Shown piece after piece: positions 1 through 9,617 of a stretch of 64,000 bases of DNA. Position numbers and translations under genes: made by a program. The DNA is from Thermodesulfobacteriota bacterium (GTDB taxonomy: Bacteria; Desulfobacterota; Desulfobacteria; Desulfobacterales; JACKCP01), in NCBI GenBank assembly GCA_051744925.1, contig JBNJDM010000003.1, positions 333-64,332 on the forward strand. Direction: 5' to 3'. The notes below the pieces were generated by a model. It was not told the DNA's origin. It made no database searches and saw only the letters and a list, made by a program, of their open reading frames with translations. Numbering within the stretch: the first letter of the stretch is position 1; each line of letters begins with the position of its first letter.

Positions 1-394
1 TTTTTAAAAGATCTATATAATATCCATAAGGAAGGGTTTCATTAAGACCTCCTACCATATGTATCTCTTTTACAGGTTCATTTATCTTTTCTAAGATCTC
101 TTCCTTTACATCTTCCATAGAGTACTGATAAGAATCTTTTGTGCAGTAATCTACTGCATAAGCACAGAAAAGGCATCTGTTTCTGCAGATATTTGTATAA
201 TTAAGATGCTGATTGTATATAAAAAAAGAAGAATTACCGTGAAGCATTTTTCTTTTGTACTGAGCTATCTGAGCTGCTCCCATGAGATCTTTTGTGTTAT
301 AAAGCAAAAGACCGTCTTCAAAATTAAGACGTTTGCCTTTTAAAACTTTCTCATAAATTTTTTCCAGGTTTTTATCTGAAAATACCGGTTCCAT
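1..394 (-). CDS. Radical-SAM enzyme of the MqnE/MqnC/CofH type (futalosine-route menaquinone family), N-terminal ~131 codons; ORF runs off the left window edge
   Basis: Not in the ORF track because no stop lies in the window. Own translation from the ATG (complement of 392-394): MEPVFSDKNLEKIYEKVLKGKRLNFEDGLLLYNTKDLMGAAQIAQYKRKMLHGNSSFFIYNQHLNYTNICRNRCLFCAYA... It has a CxxxCxxC radical-SAM motif in the NYTNxC context remembered for MqnE/MqnC/CofH. The exact family member cannot be resolved. Confidence 0.6.
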   Translation of the reverse strand, partial: MEPVFSDKNLEKIYEKVLKGKRLNFEDGLLLYNTKDLMGAAQIAQYKRKMLHGNSSFFIYNQHLNYTNICRNRCLFCAYAVDYCTKDSYQYSMEDVKEEILEKINEPVKEIHMVGGLNETLPYGYYIDLLK

Positions 395-426
395 AGTATT
401 CCTGTTTATTAGTATTAAAAAAAAGA

Positions 427-446
427 TTATGACCAACCGGTCATAA
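427..446. promoter_or_regulatory. Inverted repeat TTATGACC-aacc-GGTCATAA, candidate operator upstream of the Mqn-like gene
   Basis: 8-bp perfect arms read directly, 33 nt upstream of the ATG at 394. The half-site ATGACC/GGTCAT is the same as in the palindrome in front of the tetR gene at 27649. Confidence 0.35.
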
Positions 447-459
447 TATGTCAAGAATA

Positions 460-1167
460 TTAATATCTGGCTGGCTTTTCATATTCTTCAAACCATTGAT
501 CCACATCAGTGTTGACACTTCTGGCCTGAGAATTTGCAAGTTCATCACATCTTTCATTATATTTTATTCCTGCATGTCCTTTTACCCATCTGAATTCAAT
601 ATTTAATTTTTTATAATAATATTTTATCTCTTTCCAGAGATCTGAATTTAAAACATTATTCTTATCAGACTTGACCCAGTTGTTTTTTTCCCATGAATAT
701 ATCCAGCCCTTATTTACAGCATTAACTATGTAGGCTGAATCTGTATGAAGTATAATTTTTCTTTTTTCATTTTTTAAAAATTCAAATGCTTTTATGCATG
801 CAAGCATCTCCATTCTGTTATTTGTAGTGTGCCTTTTTCCTCCTGAAAGCTCTTTTATTTCGCCGTCATAAATAATTACAGCTCCATAGCCTCCGGGTCC
901 GGGGTTATTAATGCACCCTCCATCTGTAAAAACTGTAACATGATCATTATTAATCTCAGGTTCATCTCCGGAAAAAGATTTTTTTTCTTTTTTTGTATCA
1001 GAAACATTATTCATAAAATCAAGAGCATCCTGATAATCATAAAAACTTTTATATACAGCACCTTTGAATCCATCAACAGCTGCTTTTGCGCCATCAGGAC
1101 CGAACCACTGAGTAAATATTTTTCTTGTTTTCCCTTTAGCCACAGCATACCATTTTTTTTTTGCCAT
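460..1167 (-). CDS. rnhA: Ribonuclease H1 with N-terminal hybrid-binding (HBD/caulimovirus-viroplasmin-like) domain
   Basis: 235 aa. The N-terminus KKWYAVAKGKTRKIFTQW...YKSFYDYQDALDFM is HBD-like. The C-terminal RNase H core carries the DEDD residues (VFTDGG, NNRMEMLA, HTDSAY, NERCDELA). Confidence 0.85.
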   Translation of the reverse strand: MAKKKWYAVAKGKTRKIFTQWFGPDGAKAAVDGFKGAVYKSFYDYQDALDFMNNVSDTKKEKKSFSGDEPEINNDHVTVFTDGGCINNPGPGGYGAVIIYDGEIKELSGGKRHTTNNRMEMLACIKAFEFLKNEKRKIILHTDSAYIVNAVNKGWIYSWEKNNWVKSDKNNVLNSDLWKEIKYYYKKLNIEFRWVKGHAGIKYNERCDELANSQARSVNTDVDQWFEEYEKPARY

Positions 1168-1276
1168 AAATCAGACAAGCTCCAAAAGTTAAATATTGTG
1201 TTCAGAACAAACTTTACTTGATAAATTATTAAAATTTTAATAGCTAATTTCTATAAAAATATATCAGGGAGACTAT

Positions 1277-1753
1277 ATGAAAATTATTGATAAATTAAAC
1301 AAAAAAATACAATTAAGATTATTTAATAAAATAGACAGGGCTATTGACCAGATAAAATACGGTCTTTACGCACGGATTAACAAAGATTCAGGATTAAAAG
1401 GAGAACCTGAACCCGGTTTATTTGCAGCAGCTGTAGTTAATGAACTTTTTTCTCTTCCTCCTAAAACATCTGAAGCAAAAAAATATCTTGAACAAAACAA
1501 AAATAAGATTGATGCTTATATTGCAGATTTAAAAAACAATGATGAAGTAATAGATGTACTGACCCAGGCCATGAAAATAAGACTTACAGTAGTGTTCCAC
1601 GCTGCAGGCTCGGGAGTATCTGATAATTTTGCACGAGTACCTTATAATAATCTCGATAAAAAAGGCCTTATCCAAGAAGATGCAGAAATTATGTCTACGG
1701 ATCAGTTCATAAAATTTGCAAAAAAATATATTCAGTCAAGTCCAAAATATTAA
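1277..1753 (+). CDS. Hypothetical protein (158 aa), first gene of a tightly coupled two-gene cassette
   Basis: ORF track, with RBS GGGAG upstream of the ATG. No motif recognised. The stop lies 8 nt before the next start. Confidence 0.5.
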   Translation: MKIIDKLNKKIQLRLFNKIDRAIDQIKYGLYARINKDSGLKGEPEPGLFAAAVVNELFSLPPKTSEAKKYLEQNKNKIDAYIADLKNNDEVIDVLTQAMKIRLTVVFHAAGSGVSDNFARVPYNNLDKKGLIQEDAEIMSTDQFIKFAKKYIQSSPKY

Positions 1754-1761
1754 AGGAAATA

Positions 1762-2328
1762 ATGAATAACTTAAATATATATCACTACACCCCGAAATTT
1801 AATCTTTCTAAAATATTAAAAGATGGTGTAATTAAAAGATCTCATGGATTCAGTGAATGGGAAAAGCCTGCAGTCTGGCTTTCATGCGAGTCTTTTTTTG
1901 AAAACTCTGCTTTTTTTCTTCATAAACAAAACAATATGCTTGTTAAGAGAAAAGAAAGGGAGGTCAACAGTCTGGGTAAGGCAAGAATAAAGATAAATAC
2001 TTCCGGAACACGAAGTTTCACTTTTCACCAGTTTAAAAATATAAGCAGAATATCTACAAGAAATTTTAAAACAATTCAGCAGCTTGCTGAAGAGTGCGGA
2101 TCAGATCCTAATATGTGGAGGGTTTGTTTTTCAGATATTGAAAAACAAAACTGGGAAAAAATTGAAATATATAATGATAAAACTCTTTTATGGGAAGATT
2201 ATGAGTATTTAAATAAGCCTGAACTTTTTAATTACCTCAAAGAGATAAAATCTCTTATAGATTACATGGACAGTAATCAAAAAAGCAGGCTTGCAAAACA
2301 TCTTAAAAAAATTGAAAATAAACTTTAA
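1762..2328 (+). CDS. Hypothetical protein (188 aa) with N-terminal IYHYTPKFNLSKILKDGVI motif
   Basis: ORF track, with RBS AAGGAA 5 nt upstream. The N-terminal YHYT..NL..IL..G pattern resembles the start of several ART-like/DUF families. See findings. Confidence 0.5.
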   Translation: MNNLNIYHYTPKFNLSKILKDGVIKRSHGFSEWEKPAVWLSCESFFENSAFFLHKQNNMLVKRKEREVNSLGKARIKINTSGTRSFTFHQFKNISRISTRNFKTIQQLAEECGSDPNMWRVCFSDIEKQNWEKIEIYNDKTLLWEDYEYLNKPELFNYLKEIKSLIDYMDSNQKSRLAKHLKKIENKL

Positions 2329-2331
2329 AAA

Positions 2332-2799
2332 TCAACCTTCAAAACAGATTTCAAGAGTAAATTTCCCTCCTGTTTCATTCTCCTGAAAAGGAACAGCTAT
2401 CTTTGGCCCTTCAGTAATATGCCTGAGTTCATGTTTTTCACCTGTAACTACACTAGGTATTGATCCGTCAAAAAGATATCCGTCAACTTCGAGCTCCTGG
2501 CGAGCCTGGCCTGAAACCATATTTGCAATCTCACCTGAAGCTTCAGCTACATCTTCATTCAATTCGGTTATATCTTCACCAAACATATTGGAAACAATTT
2601 TAAGTATTATATTTTTCTCAAAACTTATTGAAAAAGAACCGTTGGGCGAACCAGTAAGACCTACTATGCTGCTGACATCTCCAGTAGCTGTAGTCTCTTT
2701 TTTTAAATATGGTTTGCCTGGGGTAACCTGAATAAAAGCCATAGTTTCAAGAACATTTTTTGTTGCTGTAATAAAAGGATTTACCAGTTCAGCTTTCAT
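2332..2799 (-). CDS. CheX/CheC-like chemotaxis phosphatase family protein
   Basis: 155 aa. N-terminus NPFITATKNVLETM plus overall length and pattern typical of CheX. No other che genes are adjacent. Confidence 0.65.
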   Translation of the reverse strand: MKAELVNPFITATKNVLETMAFIQVTPGKPYLKKETTATGDVSSIVGLTGSPNGSFSISFEKNIILKIVSNMFGEDITELNEDVAEASGEIANMVSGQARQELEVDGYLFDGSIPSVVTGEKHELRHITEGPKIAVPFQENETGGKFTLEICFEG

Positions 2800-3027
2800 T
2801 ATATTCTACTCCGGGTTAATTCTTTAAATAGACTAAGATAAGATTTTTATAAACTTAGCAGATATTATAATCCAAATCAATTCAGTTTTATTAAAATCTC
2901 TTTAATGCACTTCTCAAATCCAGACATCATAAGCTTTAAATCAAAAAAAACAAAAAACATTTAAGTCTGAACTTAGCTGATATCAGGATGTTTGCGACAG
3001 CATATATTTAACAGTTTTAACCTGCAG

Positions 3028-3954
3028 TTAATCAAGATCAAAAAGACCTGTGCTTATATATCTTTCACCTGTACTTGGCAATACAGTTACAATATTAATA
3101 TTTTTGCCCTCATATCTTTGTGAAATTATTTTTGCTGCATATACAGCCGCGCCAGAAGATATTCCGCATAAAAGACCTGAAAAACGGGCTGTTTTTTTTG
3201 CGTATTCCATTGCCTTTTCACCGGAAACCTGAATAACTTCATCTATTATATCTGTGTCAAGAAGATCAGGCACAAACCCGGCTCCAATCCCCTGAATAGA
3301 ATGAGGTCCTGGTTTACCCCCTGTAAGTACAGGTGATTCGCTCGGCTCCACCGCAATGATTTTTATGTTTTTATCCTTTTCCTTAAGGTATTTTCCGGTT
3401 CCGGAAATTGTTCCGCCTGTTCCTACACCTGCTATAAAAATATCTGTGAGTCCTTCTGTATCTTCATAAATTTCAGGGCCTGTTGTATTATAATGAGCAG
3501 CTGAATTATATTTATTTGAGAACTGATCAGGCATAAAATCGGCTTCTTTTTTTTCTATCATATCCTGAGCTTTATCAAGTGCCCCCCGCATTCCTGCAGA
3601 AGGATCAGTAAGAACAAGCTCAGCACCAAAATATTCAAGAAGTTTTTTTCTTTCAGTACTCATTGAAGAAGGCATAACAAGAGAAAGTCTGTATTTTTTT
3701 ATTTTGCATAATGCGGCCAGAGATATTCCTGTATTTCCGCTTGTAGGCTCTACAATTCTTGAAGACATACTGATTTTATTTTCTTTTTCAGCACCTTCAA
3801 TTATATATTTTGCAGCTCTGTCCTTGACACTGCCAAGGGGATTTAAAAATTCTGCTTTTAAATAAATATTATTGCCTGAATCATCTATTTCTTCAGGGCA
3901 TAAAAAAAGCGGGGTTCTGCCTATGGAAAAATCAAGAGAATTAAAATATTTCAA
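3028..3954 (-). CDS. cysK: Cysteine synthase (O-acetylserine sulfhydrylase), PLP-dependent
   Basis: 308 aa with GSVKDR (PLP lysine), TSGNTG and GTGGT motifs. TTG start with GGAG 6 nt upstream. Confidence 0.9.
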   Translation of the reverse strand: MKYFNSLDFSIGRTPLFLCPEEIDDSGNNIYLKAEFLNPLGSVKDRAAKYIIEGAEKENKISMSSRIVEPTSGNTGISLAALCKIKKYRLSLVMPSSMSTERKKLLEYFGAELVLTDPSAGMRGALDKAQDMIEKKEADFMPDQFSNKYNSAAHYNTTGPEIYEDTEGLTDIFIAGVGTGGTISGTGKYLKEKDKNIKIIAVEPSESPVLTGGKPGPHSIQGIGAGFVPDLLDTDIIDEVIQVSGEKAMEYAKKTARFSGLLCGISSGAAVYAAKIISQRYEGKNINIVTVLPSTGERYISTGLFDLD

Positions 3955-4026
3955 TTATACCTCCGTTTAAATTAAATCAGTCCAAACCGTGACTGATGTT
4001 TAAACATTTCTTTGTTTCTAAAGATA

Positions 4027-4992
4027 TTATTTTGTCCAGAGATAATAAAATCCCTGATCATAAATATCAAAAGCTTTTTTAAGCTCAGACGGAGAAAGAT
4101 TATTTTTCATCATTGAAGCAGACAAAGAATTATAAATATTATCATCAGGATACACAGATCTTGTGTAGATAACAACACTTGGATCTTCTTTTATACCTGC
4201 AAGTTTTTTTGATACTTTATATGCATCTTCAAAATATCCGACCTGATCTACAAGGTTAAGGTCAAGTGCCTTTTCTGCAGTAAAAATTCTTGCAGAAGCA
4301 ATTACCGGTTTATTCTCTTCTGTAATATTTCTGTGTTTAAAAACAAGGTGTAGAAACCTGCCTGCAAGAGAATCAATAATTTCCTGTATTATTTCTTTTT
4401 CCTCATCCGCACTTTCCCTGAAAGGTGAACCAATATCCTTGTTTTTCCCCGATTTAACAACTTCAACATCAACACCTATTTTATTTAACAAAGAATGGGC
4501 TTTTAAATTTACAGTTACAGCACCTATTGATCCGGTAACTGTAGTCGGATGAGCAACTATATAATCTGAAGGAAGAGCTATGTAATAAGCCCCTGAAGCA
4601 GCTAGCCCCATAAAAAGGGAGACAACTTTAATCCCTGTTCTTTGTTTGAATTTTAAAATTTCATTATAAATAATATCACTTACATGACCTGAACCTCCGG
4701 GACTGTCTATTTTTAAAATTACAGCTTTTACACCCGGATCAACAGAAGCTTTGTCAAGTTTTGATTTTATTTCATGTAAAAGTCCGTGTTTTGATTTTAG
4801 TAACCCCTTATCCGGGTTATCAGAAATTAGTCCGTTAACTGTAATTACAAGAATTTTTTCATCAGAACCTTTTTTTAAAGTTGTTTCCTGAAGAGGATCC
4901 CAGGCACCTCCGGGCATAAGATTAATTCTTGGCATACACCCTGTTAAAGAAATGAGAAAAAAGACTAATAAAACTAAATTTATTTTTTTCAT
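4027..4992 (-). CDS. sppA: Signal peptide peptidase SppA (36K type), lipoprotein
   Basis: ORF track 4027..5079. I prefer the ATG at 4992 (MKKINLVLLVFFLISLTGC with lipobox LTGC, AGGAG RBS), which removes the overlap with the upstream gene. The ClpP/crotonase-like SppA core has DSPGGS and AASGAYY. Confidence 0.85.
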   Translation of the reverse strand: MKKINLVLLVFFLISLTGCMPRINLMPGGAWDPLQETTLKKGSDEKILVITVNGLISDNPDKGLLKSKHGLLHEIKSKLDKASVDPGVKAVILKIDSPGGSGHVSDIIYNEILKFKQRTGIKVVSLFMGLAASGAYYIALPSDYIVAHPTTVTGSIGAVTVNLKAHSLLNKIGVDVEVVKSGKNKDIGSPFRESADEEKEIIQEIIDSLAGRFLHLVFKHRNITEENKPVIASARIFTAEKALDLNLVDQVGYFEDAYKVSKKLAGIKEDPSVVIYTRSVYPDDNIYNSLSASMMKNNLSPSELKKAFDIYDQGFYYLWTK

Positions 4993-5054
4993 ATATAAAC
5001 TCCTGGCTAGCTGCTGTAATTTTAAATAATTTATATAAATCTTTTTTAAAAAAT

Positions 5055-5735
5055 TCAGGATATGCACCTGAATATGCAATTCTTGATTTCACCTGCAAGA
5101 AACTTATAATGATCAAGAGTTTCTTCCCCGGACATTTTATAATATGTCAGTCCGTGTCCTGCATTTTCAAGAAAGTATACAAAAGACTTATCACCGGTTT
5201 TTTTGTCGATATTTTCCAGAAGCTCCCTGCTGCATAAAGGATCTTTTGTTCCGCTGAAAAAAATCATTGGAGAATCTATTAAGTACAAAGGTGAATCATT
5301 AACTTTATCCTTTTTTCCGGGAGCATGAAGAGGGTATCCGAGAAAAACCATAACTTCGGGAGAAAAATAGTTTGCTGCACATATTTCAGCTGCAATTCTT
5401 CCTCCAAGGGATTTACCTATTACAATCATTTTTTTTGAGGGAAATTCCTTGTGATTTCTCATAAAACTATAAGCTTGAAGCCATGCTTTCTTAAGCACTT
5501 TAGAAGAATCAGGAGATTTTCTCCCTGCATATCTGTATGGAAAATTAAATCGTAAAACAGGTATATTATTTTCGGATAAAGTCTCTGCGGTTTTCTCAAG
5601 AAGTCCGTTATTAATGTCATTATTTGCACCATGTGCTATAACTGCTGAATAATCTGAATATGAATCAGGAATATTTAAGATGCAGTTAAACTTTTTTTCA
5701 CCGTCAGTTTTTAATAAAATCTCTTTTTTCTGCAT
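5055..5735 (-). CDS. Alpha/beta hydrolase (dienelactone-hydrolase-like)
   Basis: 226 aa with GKSLGG nucleophile elbow (GxSxG) and C-terminal GHG. Confidence 0.6.
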   Translation of the reverse strand: MQKKEILLKTDGEKKFNCILNIPDSYSDYSAVIAHGANNDINNGLLEKTAETLSENNIPVLRFNFPYRYAGRKSPDSSKVLKKAWLQAYSFMRNHKEFPSKKMIVIGKSLGGRIAAEICAANYFSPEVMVFLGYPLHAPGKKDKVNDSPLYLIDSPMIFFSGTKDPLCSRELLENIDKKTGDKSFVYFLENAGHGLTYYKMSGEETLDHYKFLAGEIKNCIFRCIS

Positions 5736-5865
5736 AATTTATCTCAGATATTTTAAATTTTAATTTTGAATACTTAAAATTTACTTTAAACTAAAAATAA
5801 TAAGAAAACAACTGAGATGAAATAGGCCTAAAAGAAAAAAATATTTCAGGAGAACAAAAAAATAT

Positions 5866-6393
5866 ATGGAAGAATTTATAGACATACTCGATGAAAACGG
5901 AAATTTTACCGGAATTATAAAATCAAGGGAAGAAGTCCATGAAAAAGGTTACCTGCATAAAACAATACATGTATGGGTTGTAAACAGCAAAAATGAAATT
6001 TTAATTCAGAAAAGGTCTGCAACAAAACTTACTCATCCGGGAATGTGGGATGTATCGTGTGCAGGTCATGTAAGCGCAGATCAGACATCAAAACAGGCTG
6101 CAATTGACGAATTGTATGAAGAAACTGGACTTTTAGCAGACAAATCTGAACTTAATTATATTGTTTCAATTGAAAAAAAATTCTTTAAAGATAAAATCAA
6201 AGACAATGAAATTTATGATGTTTATCTGGTAAATAAGGATATGGACTTAGATAAGTTAAATTGTGATCCTGAAGAAGTAGAAAAGCTCGATCTTATAAAA
6301 GCTGAACAATTTTTTAAAAATGCAAAAACAAAATCCGACTTTATAAATAATGAAAAAGAATATTTTATTATGAAGAAAATCCTGCTTGAATAG
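5866..6393 (+). CDS. NUDIX hydrolase (IDI-like subgroup)
   Basis: 175 aa. Nudix box GHVSADQTSKQAAIDELYEETGL (GX5EX7REUXEEXGU pattern). Confidence 0.8.
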   Translation: MEEFIDILDENGNFTGIIKSREEVHEKGYLHKTIHVWVVNSKNEILIQKRSATKLTHPGMWDVSCAGHVSADQTSKQAAIDELYEETGLLADKSELNYIVSIEKKFFKDKIKDNEIYDVYLVNKDMDLDKLNCDPEEVEKLDLIKAEQFFKNAKTKSDFINNEKEYFIMKKILLE

Positions 6394-6513
6394 AATAAGA
6401 ATCACTTTATAATACTTTTTACACTAAAAATATTATAAATTCCAACTTCACAAAATTTAAAATTTTATTTTCAATATTTTATTCAGATAAAATAAGATAA
6501 AAAGGTATTTAAA

Positions 6514-7014
6514 ATGGAATACAAAACAAAAAGTTTCCCTGAGAAAAAAAGAATTGCACTTATTGCCCATGACGGAAAAAAAGATGAACTTCTTTCGTGG
6601 ATTCAATCGAATAAAAATCTTTTAATTGATCATGAGCTTTATGCCACAGGAACAACAGGTTCAATAATAGAAAAAGAACTTGAAATAAAAATCAACAGAA
6701 TGCAAAGCGGGCCCCTTGGCGGAGACCTCCAGATAGGCTCTTTGATAGCTGAAGGGAAAATAGATTTTCTTGTATTTTTCTGGGATCCTCTTGAAGCACA
6801 GCCCCACGAACCAGATATAAGAGCTTTGCTCAGACTTGCTGTTTTATGGAATATTCCTGCAGCTACAAATGTATCAAGTGCAGATTTTATTTTTTCTTCA
6901 CCACTTTTTTCAAAAGATTATAAAAGAATGGTTCCTGACTATGATAATTACCAGAAAAAAAGAGAAGATGAGATTGATAAATGCATTAAAACCTGCGCCA
7001 GAAGTACTGATTAA
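6514..7014 (+). CDS. mgsA: Methylglyoxal synthase
   Basis: 166 aa with IALIAHDGKKD, ATGTTG and PHEPDIRALLRL motifs typical of MgsA, plus a roughly 30-aa C-terminal extension. Confidence 0.9.
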   Translation: MEYKTKSFPEKKRIALIAHDGKKDELLSWIQSNKNLLIDHELYATGTTGSIIEKELEIKINRMQSGPLGGDLQIGSLIAEGKIDFLVFFWDPLEAQPHEPDIRALLRLAVLWNIPAATNVSSADFIFSSPLFSKDYKRMVPDYDNYQKKREDEIDKCIKTCARSTD

Positions 7015-7175
7015 TAATTATACACGGTTTTAAACTTTTAATTTTATGGTAAAATTATAATAAAGTCAGTTAATTACTTTAAGTTTTAAAAATTTATGCA
7101 GAGCAAACTTGATAACCTCTTAATTTAGATATAAACAGATCGTATTAATATGTAAGATTTATAAGGAGATTTTGT

Positions 7176-8036
7176 ATGACATCAATTGGAATAACAACAG
7201 ATTCAACAGCCGATTTTCCTGAAGGCGTTGCAGAAAAATTTAACATCCGCATTATGCCGGTTCATGTTGTATCAGATTCCAAAGATTATCTTGACGGCAT
7301 AGATATTTCAGGCAAAGAGGTTCTTGATAAAATGAAAAATAACAGCTCTGTGTTCACAAGACCCGGAACACCTGCAGAATATGCTGATTTATTTGAAAAT
7401 ATGCTTAAAAAATACGACCAGGTTTTATCATTTCATATTGCATCAAATCTTTCAGAATGCTTTCAAAGCGCTAAAAACGGATTAAAACTCCTTCCGCCTG
7501 AGGCTGAAAAAAGAGTAAAAATATTTGATACAAAATCGACAAGCATAGGCCAGGCCATGTATGTAATAAAAGCATGCGAAATACTAAAAAAAGACAAAAC
7601 TATAAAAGATATAGAAAACAAAATTAATCTTGAAATGGTAACCTGCGTAAGTAATTTTACTGTTGAATCACTTAAATGGCTGAAGAAAAACGGTAAAATA
7701 GGTTCTTTTGGAGCTGCTTTTGGTAATATGCTCGATCTTAAGCCTTTAATAGTTCTTAAAGACTCCTCATTAAAGCCTATAGGAAACATAAGAGGTAAAA
7801 AAAATATTTTAAATGAAATGGCTTCATATGCAGGCAAGACCAAACAAAGAACAGGGTTTGATTATGAGGCCTGGATTACTCACTGCGAAGCACAGGAAGA
7901 TGCCGATTATTTAGGAAAAAAACTTGGAGAAAACCTTGAAACAGATATAAGTAATATTAAAATAATCAAAGCAGGCGCATCAATAGCTGCACAGACAGGA
8001 CCGGGAAGTATCGGATGGGGAATGATAAAAAAATAG
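7176..8036 (+). CDS. DegV family fatty-acid-binding protein
   Basis: 286 aa. ITTDSTADFP N-terminus and a length typical of DegV. Confidence 0.85.
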   Translation: MTSIGITTDSTADFPEGVAEKFNIRIMPVHVVSDSKDYLDGIDISGKEVLDKMKNNSSVFTRPGTPAEYADLFENMLKKYDQVLSFHIASNLSECFQSAKNGLKLLPPEAEKRVKIFDTKSTSIGQAMYVIKACEILKKDKTIKDIENKINLEMVTCVSNFTVESLKWLKKNGKIGSFGAAFGNMLDLKPLIVLKDSSLKPIGNIRGKKNILNEMASYAGKTKQRTGFDYEAWITHCEAQEDADYLGKKLGENLETDISNIKIIKAGASIAAQTGPGSIGWGMIKK

Positions 8037-8060
8037 AAAAGGGCGTAAAAACGCCCTTTT
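8037..8060. terminator. Bidirectional intrinsic terminator between convergent degV and sod
   Basis: AAAAGGGCG-taaaaa-CGCCCTTTT, a GC stem flanked by an A-run and a T-run. Confidence 0.7.
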
Positions 8061-8117
8061 AAATATAAATTCAGATATTTTTAAGTTTTCTAAAAACTTT
8101 ATTATATTCGTAAAAGT

Positions 8118-8807
8118 TTACAAATCAGCCTTATTAAAATTCTCAGCCGCAAAATCCCAGTTTAAAAGATTTTCAGTTACATTTTCAAGGTAATCACCCC
8201 TTTTATTGTTGTAGTCAAGATAATATGAATGTTCCCATACATCTACGCATAAAAGAGGAACAACTCCTTTAAGAGCAGCATGATCAGCATTTGAAGTAGT
8301 TATAATTTCAAGACCGTCATCACCTGCAACAAGCCATAACCAGCCGCTTCCGAACTGAGACTTGCCTGCACTGATAAATTTCTTTTTAAAATTTTCATAC
8401 GATTTAAAAGATTTTTTTATTTCTGAAAGAATTTTATTATCAGGTTTGACAGGTTCAGGAGTAATCGATTTAAAAAAGAAATCATGATTTAAAGCCTGTC
8501 CAAGATTGTTATACAAAGAAGAATACTTTTCCTTATTTTCAATTTTTTTAAGAATTTCAAGCGGATCACTACCTTTTACTTTATCAAGCTTCATAAGTCT
8601 GTTTGAATTTTTTACATAACTCCTGTAATGGACATCATGGTGAAGCTTCATTGTTTTTGCAGAAATATGCGGTTCAAGATCAGAAACTGCGTATTTTAAA
8701 GGACTTACTTTTACTGAGCCTGTTTTTGTTTCTGTTTCAGATGAGCATCCTGAAAATACAAGTATAAGTGCGACAAATAAAAAAACACTTGTCTTAAATT
8801 TAAGCAT
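8118..8807 (-). CDS. Fe/Mn superoxide dismutase with N-terminal signal/lipobox-like sequence
   Basis: 229 aa with HHDVHY and DVWEHSYYLDY metal-ligand motifs. N-terminus MLKFKTSVFLFVALILVFSGCSSE. Confidence 0.9.
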   Translation of the reverse strand: MLKFKTSVFLFVALILVFSGCSSETETKTGSVKVSPLKYAVSDLEPHISAKTMKLHHDVHYRSYVKNSNRLMKLDKVKGSDPLEILKKIENKEKYSSLYNNLGQALNHDFFFKSITPEPVKPDNKILSEIKKSFKSYENFKKKFISAGKSQFGSGWLWLVAGDDGLEIITTSNADHAALKGVVPLLCVDVWEHSYYLDYNNKRGDYLENVTENLLNWDFAAENFNKADL

Positions 8808-8858
8808 AATCTTAACTCCTTTTGTTTTTTGTTAATTAATCCGGTTGTCAGCCAAATA

Positions 8859-9527
8859 TTAATTAATTACTTCTGCTTTGATTATTTTAATATCTTTTTT
8901 TGGTCTGTCATGTTTTCCGGTTTTAACTTTTCCGATTTTTTCTACAATATCAAGCCCTTTTACAACTTCTCCAAAAACTGAATACTGACCGTCAAGAGCA
9001 GGTGTACCTCCTTGATCAGTATATATTTTCTTTTGTTCCGGTAAAAACTTTGTACTCATTTGTTTTTCATAAGATTTAAGTTCTTCTTCTGAAAAAACTT
9101 TGCCGGTTACAATAAAAAACTGTGAGCCTGAAGATCTCCTTGCAGGATTATACTCGTCAGGAGTTCGAGCAGCAGCAACTGCCCCTTTTTTATGGAAATA
9201 TTCAGGAAGTATTTCTGCCGGAATAGTATAACCCGGACCGCCTCCTCCAAGTCTTTTCTCTTTTGAAGCATTTTTTGAATCCGGATCTCCTGCCTGTATC
9301 ATAAAATTATCTATTATTCTGTGCATAAGAAGTCCGTCATAAAAACCTTCATTAACAAGCTTTATAAAATTATCTCTGTGATAATCTGTCTGGTTATACA
9401 AAACTATGGTTACATCTCCCAAATCGGTTTTTAAAAGAACTCTGGTCCTTTCTTCTGCTGACAAAGACGGTGAAAAGATAAAACCGACCATACAAAAAGC
9501 CAGCATACATACAAATAATTTTTTCAT
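8859..9527 (-). CDS. Cyclophilin-type peptidyl-prolyl isomerase, secreted
   Basis: Track start 9539 is a TTG. The ATG at 9527 has GGAG 7 nt upstream (MKKLFVCMLAF... signal peptide). Cyclophilin core: HRIIDNFMIQAGD, SQFFIV. Confidence 0.9.
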   Translation of the reverse strand: MKKLFVCMLAFCMVGFIFSPSLSAEERTRVLLKTDLGDVTIVLYNQTDYHRDNFIKLVNEGFYDGLLMHRIIDNFMIQAGDPDSKNASKEKRLGGGGPGYTIPAEILPEYFHKKGAVAAARTPDEYNPARRSSGSQFFIVTGKVFSEEELKSYEKQMSTKFLPEQKKIYTDQGGTPALDGQYSVFGEVVKGLDIVEKIGKVKTGKHDRPKKDIKIIKAEVIN

Positions 9528-9617
9528 AAATTGCTCCAAATAATAGCGTTTAAATTTTTTAACTTGTGCAAATGATCAAAAATTCAGGTTTCATATCAGT
9601 TAAGAGTCATCTAAAAA

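Noticed and set aside
940-1221. 93-aa plus-strand ORF overlapping rnhA
   Set aside because: It is entirely antisense to a motif-supported RNase H gene. The product is low-complexity and Phe/Ile-rich, as expected from reading AT-rich coding DNA backwards.
4922-5116. 64-aa ORF and the 29-codon N-terminal extension of sppA (4993..5079) bridging two genes
   Set aside because: The ATG at 4992 has an AGGAG RBS and begins a lipoprotein signal peptide. The extension would overlap the upstream hydrolase gene and lacks signal-peptide logic.
7463-7843. 126-aa minus-strand ORF inside degV
   Set aside because: It is antisense to a well-supported DegV ORF, with no RBS and no recognisable motifs. The same reasoning applies to 3050..3232, 12003..12188 and 13161..13376.
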